Positions 46,733 through 55,287 are shown, counted from the first letter of the stretch. The stretch is 64,000 bases of DNA from Chthoniobacterales bacterium (GCA_049314455.1 JBMOFC010000003.1:6971-70970), one strand, 5' to 3'. Notes: generated by a model not told the origin, from the letters alone. Made by a program: numbers and translations.

Positions 46733-47060
46733 GTACGGTGTCTAGCACCAAGGACGTGAACGGCCTTTCAAACTCTTCCCGAAAATCCTTATGGATTTTT
46801 TGGCGCTCGGCAGCTGTCAGTCTATCAAATTATTTTGGTAGGCTGACAGCCCATCTTACCTTAAGGCTGGCTGGTAGACTTCCCCTCCGACGAGCTGTCA
46901 GTGCCCATTCTCGGGGAGCCTACCAGCCAGCTTTAACGCTCTATCTCTAATTTTTAGAGATATCATTTTTTAACATATAAGGATGCGATCCCCGCCTTCG
47001 CGGGGATGACGTTCGGAGTGACACCACAAGGCGCGGCTACAGAATTTTTTAAAATGCTCT

Positions 47061-47204
47061 AAATTGAAAAGGGCACGCCATAAGCTTGCTCTTTTTCCTT
47101 AGGACTGCGTTTTCAGATCTTGCGTTATCTTCAGATAGCGCTTCGATCTTCAGCCTTATCCTAAGAAAAAATTTCTGCGCTTCTAATGCGCCCTTTTCAA
47201 TTTA
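47061..47204. repeat. Family A-related variant element (~144 bp) with different but still complementary arms
   Basis: Shares the core blocks of A (AAGGGCACG, CTTGCTCTTTTTC, CGTTATCTT.AGATAGCGCT, AAGAAAAATTTC). Termini are AAATTGAAAAGGGC / GCCCTTTTCAATTT. Inner arms are CTTAGGA / TCCTAAG. Confidence 0.75.
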
Positions 47205-47317
47205 AGGCGCTATAGATAAAAAGGAGAATAATTCTTGTAAGAGAGCTTTGATCCTATCTTCCATCTTCAAACTTCTATCTTCTTACTCGTTCCTGTGAAC
47301 GGGTAAGAAGAAGATTT

Positions 47318-48058
47318 TTACGTCTCCTTGCTTGCTGTATAAATCGTAACGATGCCACCTGTCAGCGCTGTCGATCTGGCATTTTCAAAGCCACACTGTG
47401 TTAGAAGAGCACACATTGCTTCACCTGATGGAAAAGCTTCAATCGAGCCACCCATGTATTCATAGGCACTGGCTTCTCCTGTTACTAGACCTGCAAAATG
47501 TGGCAGCACATGATGGAGATAGAAGCGGTAAAATGGGCGGAGCAGGGGAGAAGTAGGAATGGAAAAATCTAAAATTAAAAGATGACCTCGGGAGCGTAGG
47601 ACACGATGCATTTCACGCAAACCTTGTTCCCAAGAGACCATGTTACGTAGTCCAAAAGCTACTGTAACAGCATCAAAAATTTTTTCTTCGAACGGCAGCT
47701 CTAATCCATCAGCTTCGAGAAAGGTGATCATAGGCGTCTTAAAACCTATATTCGCATTCTCACTAGAGTATGAATACAAGTTCTTACTTTTTACTTGTGT
47801 AAGTCTTGCTTGCTCCAACATTTCGTGACAAAAATCTACAGCAGTGGTCTGTACTGTTGGTATTTTTTTAGCAATGGCAAAAGCCAGTTCTCCATTTCCA
47901 GTAGCCACATCAAGAAGTGTTTTAGGATTCCATTGCTGAATTTTTTTTGCAACACAACGACGCCACCAAAAGTCCATTCCACAGGAGAGAAGGTGGTTTG
48001 CTAGTGCGTAGCGCCCTGCAATCGAGCGAAAGAGATTTTTGACGTATTCGGGATTCAT
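47318..48058 (-). CDS. ubiE: demethylmenaquinone/ubiquinone C-methyltransferase
   Basis: N-terminus VKNLFRSIAGRYALANHLLSCGMDFWWRR, SAM motif LDVATGNGE, FGLRN. Confidence 0.9.
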   Translation of the reverse strand: MNPEYVKNLFRSIAGRYALANHLLSCGMDFWWRRCVAKKIQQWNPKTLLDVATGNGELAFAIAKKIPTVQTTAVDFCHEMLEQARLTQVKSKNLYSYSSENANIGFKTPMITFLEADGLELPFEEKIFDAVTVAFGLRNMVSWEQGLREMHRVLRSRGHLLILDFSIPTSPLLRPFYRFYLHHVLPHFAGLVTGEASAYEYMGGSIEAFPSGEAMCALLTQCGFENARSTALTGGIVTIYTASKET

Positions 48059-48153
48059 TAATCAAAAAACAGGAATAGAAGGGATGAAAGAGATGCAATT
48101 AAATAAAGAAAAAAGAATGACCCATAAAAACACAAACAATCAAAAGAAACTAT

Positions 48154-48382
48154 GTAACAGCTCAGGTATCTAAAAAAAGCAAGTGATCTCAATTTATTAT
48201 GATCGCCTATTTCTAGGTTTAGGGGATGTCCTGAAGCTGACATGCAGTTTGCTTGAATAAAGTCTTCTCAAAATCGCTTTGCGTATTATGTTCATCATCT
48301 TAAGAATTCCCCGCTAAACAAGGAACTTGGTAATAATTACTGACTAGGTTATCTTATGTTTCTAAGACTCCTAAGTAGCTAC
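48154..48382. mobile_element. Family B MITE-like element, copy B2 (229 bp), inverted relative to B1
   Basis: Aligns end to end with the reverse complement of B1, except for two ~16-nt segments missing from both arms. Flanked by the direct repeats GAAACTAT (48146..48153) and AAAACTAT (48383..48390). Confidence 0.8.
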
Positions 48383-48466
48383 AAAACTATTTCTTCAAAT
48401 TTTTATTCCTCTATTTTTTCTTCATCTCTTTGATCTATTCCATCCCTGTGAATAAAATTCTTGGTC

Positions 48467-48548
48467 TGCTCACGAGAGGACTCGAACCTCCATGGAATTA
48501 CCCATACGCTTCTGAGACGTACGCGTCTGCCAATTTCGCCACGTGAGC
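48467..48548 (-). tRNA. tRNA-Leu (anticodon CAG)
   Basis: Hand-folded cloverleaf. Acceptor stem GCTCACG/CGTGAGC. Anticodon arm TACGT-CTCAGAA-GCGTA. Long variable arm (class II). T arm GGAGG-TTCGAGT-CCTCT. Discriminator A. CCA is not encoded. Confidence 0.9.
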
Positions 48549-48750
48549 TTAACCCGGGACTATCAACGTTCCGTTGGTAGTAAGATGATAGACATTAACC
48601 CGAATATTTCGATTGTGTCGAAAACACAAGGTTTGATACTCTCGCGAACTCACACAAAAATGTAAATCTTCAAAACAAAGTTTTACATTTTAAAAATTTT
48701 AAAAATTCTACTGGCGCTTTTGTTCATCTCGTGGCACTTATTTACTACTT

Positions 48751-50085
48751 ATGAAGTCTAAAAAACATATCACACTACTCACAATCATCGTTACACTTCC
48801 TTTTGCAGCTTCCCTTGTGCAAGCTCAGATAGCACCACCCACAACGACTGCAGCAACTCCTGCGGAGTCGTCATCCCCAAGTAGTTCGCCTGCCAGTGTC
48901 ACAGAAAAAGCACTGACGAAGGCCAAACAAGCAGTAGCTTCTGCAACGGAAAAACTAAAAACTCGTAAGGCCAAGGAGGCGGCAGCAAAAGCTCAAGAAG
49001 TAGCAACAAAGATACCAGGAGCTACATCAACGGTCATTGCTCTGAAGGATCCTGTAGCGATTGTTGATAGCACATCAATTTCTAAAGCTGATTTAGAAAA
49101 AGCGTTTAAAGAAGCAGTAGCCTCAAGCAATGTGAATCCAGCTACACTCACTGCTGATCAAAAAATTCAAGGATACCATCAGATTTTAGATGCGCTTATC
49201 ATGGAAAAACTCGTTGATAAAAAATCAGTGGGAACAGAAGTCTCAGATGCCGATGTGAACGCTGAGATTGAAAAAATTAAAAAACAATTTCCAACTCCTG
49301 AGGCTTTCAATGCTGAATTAAAAAAGTCGGGCCAAACGATGGACCAATTCACGATAAATCTGAAAAAATCGATGCGTCAGACTAAATGGATGAAGGCTCA
49401 AATTCAGGGTAAAGATGTAGTTACAGATGCTGATGCCCAAAAATTTTATAATGACAATATCAAAAAATTTGCTAACCCAGAAATGGTAAAGGCAACCCAT
49501 ATTCTCTTCTTAGTTCCTCAAGGAGCTCCTGATTCTGTTGCCAAGGCAAAAGAAGAAGCTGCTAAGGCTGCTATTGTAAGAGCTAATAAAGGAGAAGATT
49601 TTTCTAAATTAGCTGTAGAACTTTCTGAAGAGCCAGGTGCTAAACAACGCGCTGGCGACCTCGGTTTCTTTAGCAAAAATCAAATGGTCCCTGAATTTGC
49701 AACAGTAGCTTTTGCACAAAAAGTTGGTTCTGTAAGCGAGACTCCTGTAAAAACAAAATTTGGCTATCATGTGATTAAAGTTACTGAGAAAAAGCCTGCA
49801 GGTACTGCAACCTTTGCTGAAGTAAAGCCTAATATCATTGCCTATCTTCAAAATCAAAAACGCCGTGAAGCTTTCAAAGCAGAAATGCAACAACTTCGTC
49901 AGACTGCAAAAATTGAAAACTTCCTTCCTGCTCCAGCAGTGATTACTCCTGAAACGATGAAGCCATCAACTGTTCCTGGAAAACCAGCTGCTACTTCTTC
50001 TTCTGGAACAACAACTCCTGTATCTGCTGCTCCAGTAACCACGCCAGCTGCATCGCCTACTCCAACAACTCCAAGTAAAAGTTAA
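48751..50085 (+). CDS. secreted parvulin-type peptidyl-prolyl isomerase (SurA/PrsA-like chaperone)
   Basis: Signal peptide. SurA-N-like helical region. Parvulin domain (ATHILFLV..GDLGFF..FGYHVIKV). A/T/P/S-rich low-complexity tails. Confidence 0.85.
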   Translation: MKSKKHITLLTIIVTLPFAASLVQAQIAPPTTTAATPAESSSPSSSPASVTEKALTKAKQAVASATEKLKTRKAKEAAAKAQEVATKIPGATSTVIALKDPVAIVDSTSISKADLEKAFKEAVASSNVNPATLTADQKIQGYHQILDALIMEKLVDKKSVGTEVSDADVNAEIEKIKKQFPTPEAFNAELKKSGQTMDQFTINLKKSMRQTKWMKAQIQGKDVVTDADAQKFYNDNIKKFANPEMVKATHILFLVPQGAPDSVAKAKEEAAKAAIVRANKGEDFSKLAVELSEEPGAKQRAGDLGFFSKNQMVPEFATVAFAQKVGSVSETPVKTKFGYHVIKVTEKKPAGTATFAEVKPNIIAYLQNQKRREAFKAEMQQLRQTAKIENFLPAPAVITPETMKPSTVPGKPAATSSSGTTTPVSAAPVTTPAASPTPTTPSKS

Positions 50086-50115
50086 TTTAAAGAGCTCGTT
50101 GCTTTGTAGTCGCGT

Positions 50116-50991
50116 ATGAAACAAAAAGGTATTCCGATTACAAAGCAACAAAAACTTTCTGTAGGTATTCTGGGGCTTGGTATCATTGGCACCCGTGTTG
50201 CAGCTATTCTGCGGCGTGAAGAGAGAATTCAAGTCTTGGTTTGGAATCGCTCCTCACGTCCTGAGCCCCATTTTTTACCATCTCCCTTGGAAGTTGCAGC
50301 GTCAGCAGAAATTCTTCAGATTTTTGTGCGAGATGGTACTGCTTTATTAGAAGTTGTTGAGCAGATCGTTCCAGCATTAACAAAAAAGCATCTTGTATTG
50401 AATCATGCAACGGTTTCTCCTCAAGAAACACTTAAAGCTGCAGCACTCGTAGAAAAAAAGGGAGCTCAGTTTTTAGATGCACCTTTTACAGGAAGCCGTG
50501 ATGCTGCTGCAGAAGGAAAATTGGTTTATTATGTGGGAGGTTCTGATGAGGCACTTGAAAGAGCCATCCCTATTTTGAAACTTTCTTCAAAAAAAATCCT
50601 TCCTATGGGTGCTATAGGAACAGCAACCTATATTAAAATTGCCACCAATCTTATTGCAGGAGTTCAAATTCAAGTCTTAGCGGAGGCATTGGAATTTTTA
50701 AACTTAGGGGAAATTCCATTCCAATATCTTCATGAAGCTCTCCAACATAATGCTGCTTTCTCTAATACAATTGGCATGAAATTGCCACTGATGTTGCAAG
50801 GTAATTTTGAGCCACATTTTTCCACGAAGAATATGCTTAAAGATCTCCAATTTGCACTGAATCTTGTTGAGGATCATGGGATCGCACTTCCTGCAACAGC
50901 TGCCACGGCAGCTTCTTTACGAGATCTTGTAGCCTTAGGACTAGGTGATAAAGATTATTCTGCTCTTGCAGCTCGTTATGATTATCAATGA
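50116..50991 (+). CDS. NAD(P)-dependent beta-hydroxyacid dehydrogenase family protein (3-hydroxyisobutyrate dehydrogenase-like)
   Basis: Rossmann motif VGILGLGIIG, DAPFTGS, and a catalytic-region K (STKNMLKDL). Confidence 0.8.
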   Translation: MKQKGIPITKQQKLSVGILGLGIIGTRVAAILRREERIQVLVWNRSSRPEPHFLPSPLEVAASAEILQIFVRDGTALLEVVEQIVPALTKKHLVLNHATVSPQETLKAAALVEKKGAQFLDAPFTGSRDAAAEGKLVYYVGGSDEALERAIPILKLSSKKILPMGAIGTATYIKIATNLIAGVQIQVLAEALEFLNLGEIPFQYLHEALQHNAAFSNTIGMKLPLMLQGNFEPHFSTKNMLKDLQFALNLVEDHGIALPATAATAASLRDLVALGLGDKDYSALAARYDYQ

Positions 50992-51911
50992 GCCCATTAG
51001 AAAATAATAAGCACGTATTTCTCTCAAATGCTCGCACGGAAGGTGGCGTTTTTTTTGTTCCTTCACGTCTTTTGTTGCGTGTAAGTGGCAAAGATTCTCT
51101 TCGTTATCTCAATGGTCAAGTAACAGCTGATCTTCGCAAGATTTCTCCAGAAAATGCATTGCAGGCTTGTTTGCTGACCCCCAAGGGACGACTTGTTGCA
51201 TTGCTTGCGATCACGATAGAACACGATACCTTTTTGATTGAGACTGATGCCTTACTTCAAGATAGCGTCATAGAACGTCTCGAACGTTATCTTGTTGCTG
51301 ATGACGTCACCATAGAAGTGATCACTCCTCCTGAAATCATTCACTGTTTTGGAAAATTTTCTGAGGTTCCCGAGATTCAACGTGCTCATGGAGTAGTCAC
51401 TTCACGTCTTGGCTTTTCTGGAAAAGATCTGGATGCAGCTCTATTTTCTTCTTTATCTGTGAGTACTCAAACAAAGCCACTCTCCAATCAACTTGTAGAA
51501 CTTCTCCGGATAGAACAAAAAATTCCACGCTGGGGTTTTGAGCTTACAAATGAGACCTTACCTCCGGAAGCTAGACTGGAAGAGGATTGCATCAATTATG
51601 AAAAAGGATGCTATCTTGGCCAGGAGGTTATTTCGCGTTTGAAAAGTCTAGGTCATGTCAATCGGTTGCTCTACGGCTTTATTTCCCAAGAGGAAATCAA
51701 ACCTGGAATGGAAATTTTTTCAGAACAAGAACCATCACGTGTTCTTGGAACATTGACTAGTACGGCACTGCAGTATGACTCCGGACGCTGGATTGCGCTT
51801 GGCTATTTACGTCGAGGAAGTGAGAATGCTCTGTCCTTGTTTGCCAAGAACCCTGAAACTGGGGATGTCGCACAACTACATGTAAGGAAGTCGACTAGCA
51901 GAAAAAATTGA
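50988..51911 (+). CDS. ygfZ: folate-binding YgfZ-family protein (GcvT-like)
   Basis: KGCYLGQE signature and a GcvT-like fold length. ATGA overlap with the upstream gene. Confidence 0.8.
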   Translation: MSPLENNKHVFLSNARTEGGVFFVPSRLLLRVSGKDSLRYLNGQVTADLRKISPENALQACLLTPKGRLVALLAITIEHDTFLIETDALLQDSVIERLERYLVADDVTIEVITPPEIIHCFGKFSEVPEIQRAHGVVTSRLGFSGKDLDAALFSSLSVSTQTKPLSNQLVELLRIEQKIPRWGFELTNETLPPEARLEEDCINYEKGCYLGQEVISRLKSLGHVNRLLYGFISQEEIKPGMEIFSEQEPSRVLGTLTSTALQYDSGRWIALGYLRRGSENALSLFAKNPETGDVAQLHVRKSTSRKN

Positions 51912-51925
51912 ATCCTTTGACTCCC

Positions 51926-51995
51926 GTCACGTTATCTTTGCATTGCGCTCCGTCTTTGGCCTTGCTCTTTCTAAAAATTCTTGCGTTCTTTCATA
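51926..51995. repeat. Family A half-element remnant
   Basis: CACGTTATCTTTGCATTGCGCTCCGTCTTTGGCCTTGCTCTTTCTAAAAATTC aligns to the A right half (CACGTTATCTTAAGATAGCGCTCG.TCTTCGGCCTTGTTAT.AAGAAAAATTTC). Confidence 0.6.
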
Positions 51996-52016
51996 TAATT
52001 TCAACGTAATTTGACT

Positions 52017-52679
52017 ATGCCTTCTCTACTAAACAATTTCTCTTTCTTAATGAAAAATTATTTTTTCTTTTATACCTCAGTTATCCTAATCACTTTTTTT
52101 TTAACGAGCTGTGCAACACAACCTCTTCCTACAACAGGCCCACAAGAAGCTGTAATGTTAATTCGTATTGGACATGAAAAAAAACCACGCCGTGTGGTCA
52201 TTGCATTACGTGAAAAAGAGGCACCACAAACGGTCGCTAGTTTCAAGCAACTAGTGGAACATCACTATTATGATGGGCTTCTTTTTTATCGAGCATTTCC
52301 ACATTCTCTCGTCCAGACGGGAGATCCTAATACGCGCTATCGCGAGCACGATAACTCGGGAACAGGTGGCCCAGGATATACGATTCCTGCAGAAATAAAA
52401 TTACCTCATGTGAGGGGATCAGTAGCCACTTCACGTCTACCTGATAAAATTAATCCGCTTCGCGCTTCTAATGGGAGCCAGTTTTATATTTGCATAGAAC
52501 CGATGCCGCAACTCAACGGTCAATACACGGTTTTTGGCCAAGTCACAAAAGGTATAGAAGTTTTAGATGCCGTTAGCACGATTCCTACGAACAGCAATAA
52601 TTTCCCAATAGAGAAAGTGGTGATTGTATCGTTGACACTTGAACCGATGTTAGACAAAAAATCAAACAATCCGTCGTGA
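52017..52679 (+). CDS. cyclophilin-type peptidyl-prolyl isomerase, lipoprotein
   Basis: Lipobox FLTSC. Cyclophilin motifs (FYRAF...VQTGDP, GTGGPGYTIPAE, GSQFYI, VFGQV.KG..V.D). Confidence 0.85.
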   Translation: MPSLLNNFSFLMKNYFFFYTSVILITFFLTSCATQPLPTTGPQEAVMLIRIGHEKKPRRVVIALREKEAPQTVASFKQLVEHHYYDGLLFYRAFPHSLVQTGDPNTRYREHDNSGTGGPGYTIPAEIKLPHVRGSVATSRLPDKINPLRASNGSQFYICIEPMPQLNGQYTVFGQVTKGIEVLDAVSTIPTNSNNFPIEKVVIVSLTLEPMLDKKSNNPS

Positions 52680-54220
52680 AGCTTGTTTGGTTCAAAAGAG
52701 ATTTACGTGTTTATGATAATGCTGCTTTATGCATTGCAGCACAGAATGGTCCGATACTTCCACTCTATATTTTTGAACCCGAACTATGGCGCCAGCCGGA
52801 TATGAGCCATCGTCATTTTTTGTTTCTGCTTGAGAACCTCAGAGAGTTACATGCAGCACTTGATCATTTAGGTCAGCCGCTGATTGTTAAAATAGGAGAG
52901 GTTGTTCCTATATTAAAAGATCTTATCAATCGTTATTCGATAACTGAGGTTTATTCCCATCAAGAAACTTGGAATGAGTGGACTTACCAGCGCGATGTTC
53001 AGGTAGGTGAGTATCTTAAGAAAAAAAATGTGCCTTGGCATCAACCGGTCCAAAATGGAGTAATCCGTCGCCTCCGTGATAGAAATAGATGGTCTCATAG
53101 GTGGTATCAAACAATGTCTCAAGTATTGATTGTTCCTCCCAAGCGTTTGTTTTTTATAGGAGAATCTTCTGATCCCTGGCCAATGCCAGAAGATTTCGGA
53201 TTGCAACGAGATGGATGTCACCAACGTCAAATTGGAGGTCGCCAGGCCGGACTGTTACTTTTAAAAACTTTTCTACAAGAACGAGGTCTTCACTATCAAA
53301 AGGCAATGTCTTCTCCAGTCACAGCCTTTAAACAATGCTCTCGTCTCTCAGCACATATTGCATTTGGGACTCTCTCTCTAAGGGAAATTTTCCAATCGAC
53401 AGAAACTCAGTTCTTGTTTTTAAAAAAAAAATCTTCTTTGAAGCTTCCTTTGCTTGATCCTTTAGAATGTCTTAGCTGGAAACGCTCCTTACGCTCTTTT
53501 TCGGGACGCTTACGATGGCATTGTCATTTTATTCAAAAATTAGAAGATGACCCACGTCTAGAAAAAGAAAATATGCATTCTGCTTATAACAGCATTCGAC
53601 AAGACTCTTGGGATGTTAAAAAATATCAAGCCTGGGCCACAGGAAAAACCGGATACCCTTTTATTGATGCATGTATGCGTGCGCTTATTGCAACTGGCTG
53701 GATCAATTTTAGAATGCGAGCCATGCTACTGAGCTTTGCCAGCCAACACCTTTGGCTCGATTGGCGTTACACAGCAACTCATCTAGCTCGTTTGTTCATT
53801 GATTATGAACCAGGTATTCATTACAGCCAATGTCAGATGCAATCAGGCACTACTGGCATGAACACACTACGGATCTACAATCCGATCAAACAATCATATG
53901 ATCATGATCCTGAAGGAGGTTTTATACGTCGTTGGGTCCCAGAGTTAAAAGAAGTTCCACTCTCTTATCTTCATGAACCATGGAATAGTCCGATTCCACT
54001 TCATTACCCTTATCCTCTTGTTGAAGAAAAAACAGCTCGTCTTAAAGCCGCAACAACTCTTTACGAGCTACGTCGCTCTCACCAGCATCATCAGGAAAAA
54101 ATTGTTTTAATTAAAAAACATGCCAGTCGTAAGAAACTCATTCCAAAAAAGAGTGTAAAAAATAAACTAAAAAAAGCTCAGCCCATTGATAAAAATCAGC
54201 TTAACTTCTATTTTCATTGA
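52676..54220 (+). CDS. cryptochrome/photolyase-family flavoprotein
   Basis: N-terminal photolyase domain LVWFKRDLRVYDNAAL. A C-terminal FAD-binding helical domain (GYPFIDACMRAL..TGWINFRMRAM, IDYEPGIHYSQCQMQSG). GTG start overlapping the upstream stop (GTGA). Confidence 0.85.
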   Translation: MKLVWFKRDLRVYDNAALCIAAQNGPILPLYIFEPELWRQPDMSHRHFLFLLENLRELHAALDHLGQPLIVKIGEVVPILKDLINRYSITEVYSHQETWNEWTYQRDVQVGEYLKKKNVPWHQPVQNGVIRRLRDRNRWSHRWYQTMSQVLIVPPKRLFFIGESSDPWPMPEDFGLQRDGCHQRQIGGRQAGLLLLKTFLQERGLHYQKAMSSPVTAFKQCSRLSAHIAFGTLSLREIFQSTETQFLFLKKKSSLKLPLLDPLECLSWKRSLRSFSGRLRWHCHFIQKLEDDPRLEKENMHSAYNSIRQDSWDVKKYQAWATGKTGYPFIDACMRALIATGWINFRMRAMLLSFASQHLWLDWRYTATHLARLFIDYEPGIHYSQCQMQSGTTGMNTLRIYNPIKQSYDHDPEGGFIRRWVPELKEVPLSYLHEPWNSPIPLHYPYPLVEEKTARLKAATTLYELRRSHQHHQEKIVLIKKHASRKKLIPKKSVKNKLKKAQPIDKNQLNFYFH

Positions 54221-55287
54221 TGAACCGGCACCTGCTGAGTAAGGCAATGAAATGCCCCAAGCCCCCAAATAAGCTCACGGCAATCAATGGGAAGCACTGT
54301 TCGCGTTGGAAAAAGAGTGGATAGAATATCAACTGCTATGGCATCAGAAGCGGCTTTGAAAATGGGAAGTAAAACAGAAGTATTCGTAATATAAAAATTA
54401 GCGTAGCTAGCAGGAAGCCGTTGACCTTCTCTCTCGAGGTGAGGGGGCATTGGCAACTCTACGATACGAAGTGGTTTTCCTGAGGGGAGAAAAAATGTTT
54501 TTAAGCGTTCGCAATTTTTTTGCAGAGGAAGATGATTAGGATCAGCATGATTATTTTCAATCATTGTTATCACGGTCTCTTCATTCACAAAGCGCGTGAT
54601 ATCGTCGATGTGTCCATCGGTATCATCCCCCTCAATTCCATCACCGAGCCAGTAAATATGAGTGACTCCTAAGTAGCATTGAAGTTTCTCTTCGATTTGC
54701 TTTTGTGTGAGATGAGGATTTCTATTTTTATGAAGCAGACAAGATTGAGTTGTGAGTAACGCTCCAGCACCATTAACGTCGATGGAACCACCTTCTAGGA
54801 CCATCTCAGGCTGAATGGAAGGAAGTTTCAATATTGCTGCAACGGTTCTGGGAACAGCATTATCGAGATCATAGGGAAGATATTTTTTACCCCAGGCATT
54901 ATAATCCCAATCCAAGATGGCAAGAGAAGAGGTGGTATTAGGTGAATGGGGTCTCACAAAAATCGGACCATGATCGCGACACCATGGCTCTTGTGTGGGA
55001 ATGTGATAAAATTCGAGATGTTCTTTCGGAATACGTGGCTCCAGCAAGAGCCGGACACTTCTCTCTTCAGCAGTATCGAGAACATTGATGCGTACTATTT
55101 CAGAAGCACCAATAGCTTCTGCCATCGCTACAAATGTTGGAATGACTTCGTTGTACCGCCCTGGAAAGCTGACTCCTTGGGGATGTGGCCACGAAATCCA
55201 AGTCGCCTCATGAGGCTCCCATTCAGCGGGCATGTGGAAGGCACTTTTAGGCTGGAGGCTGGAGGCTAGGGGCTGGAGAGAATTCAC
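54214..55287 (-). CDS. aguA: agmatine deiminase (Porphyromonas-type peptidyl-arginine deiminase family)
   Basis: FHMPAEWEPHEATWISWPH, DDTDGHIDD, C-terminal catalytic Cys context GAFHCLTQQ. Confidence 0.9.
   Translation of the reverse strand: MNSLQPLASSLQPKSAFHMPAEWEPHEATWISWPHPQGVSFPGRYNEVIPTFVAMAEAIGASEIVRINVLDTAEERSVRLLLEPRIPKEHLEFYHIPTQEPWCRDHGPIFVRPHSPNTTSSLAILDWDYNAWGKKYLPYDLDNAVPRTVAAILKLPSIQPEMVLEGGSIDVNGAGALLTTQSCLLHKNRNPHLTQKQIEEKLQCYLGVTHIYWLGDGIEGDDTDGHIDDITRFVNEETVITMIENNHADPNHLPLQKNCERLKTFFLPSGKPLRIVELPMPPHLEREGQRLPASYANFYITNTSVLLPIFKAASDAIAVDILSTLFPTRTVLPIDCRELIWGLGAFHCLTQQVPVHQ

Noticed and set aside
46738-46950. 70-aa ORF (and 46368..46745 overlapping the ftsK end)
   Set aside because: It coincides with the strongly self-complementary region interpreted as an RNA/DNA structure. 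Its Arg/Leu/Ser-rich composition is typical of translated GC-rich stems.
46803-46971. SRP (4.5S) RNA, tmRNA, RNase P RNA or 6S RNA at the structured region after ftsK
   Set aside because: None of the motifs I know for these RNAs are present. I checked the GGAAGCAGCC-type SRP domain IV, the tmRNA tag ORF and tRNA-like end, and the RNase P GAGGAAAGTCC box.
48058-48243. 61-aa ORF upstream of ubiE
   Set aside because: It lies over the ubiE upstream spacer and repeat B2. The hydrophobic low-complexity peptide derives from A/T-rich repeat sequence.
48390-48750. Integrated element or integrase next to tRNA-Leu
   Set aside because: There is no integrase, phage or att-like duplication of the tRNA 3' end. 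Only repeat B2 and a solo family-C terminus-like sequence flank the tRNA.
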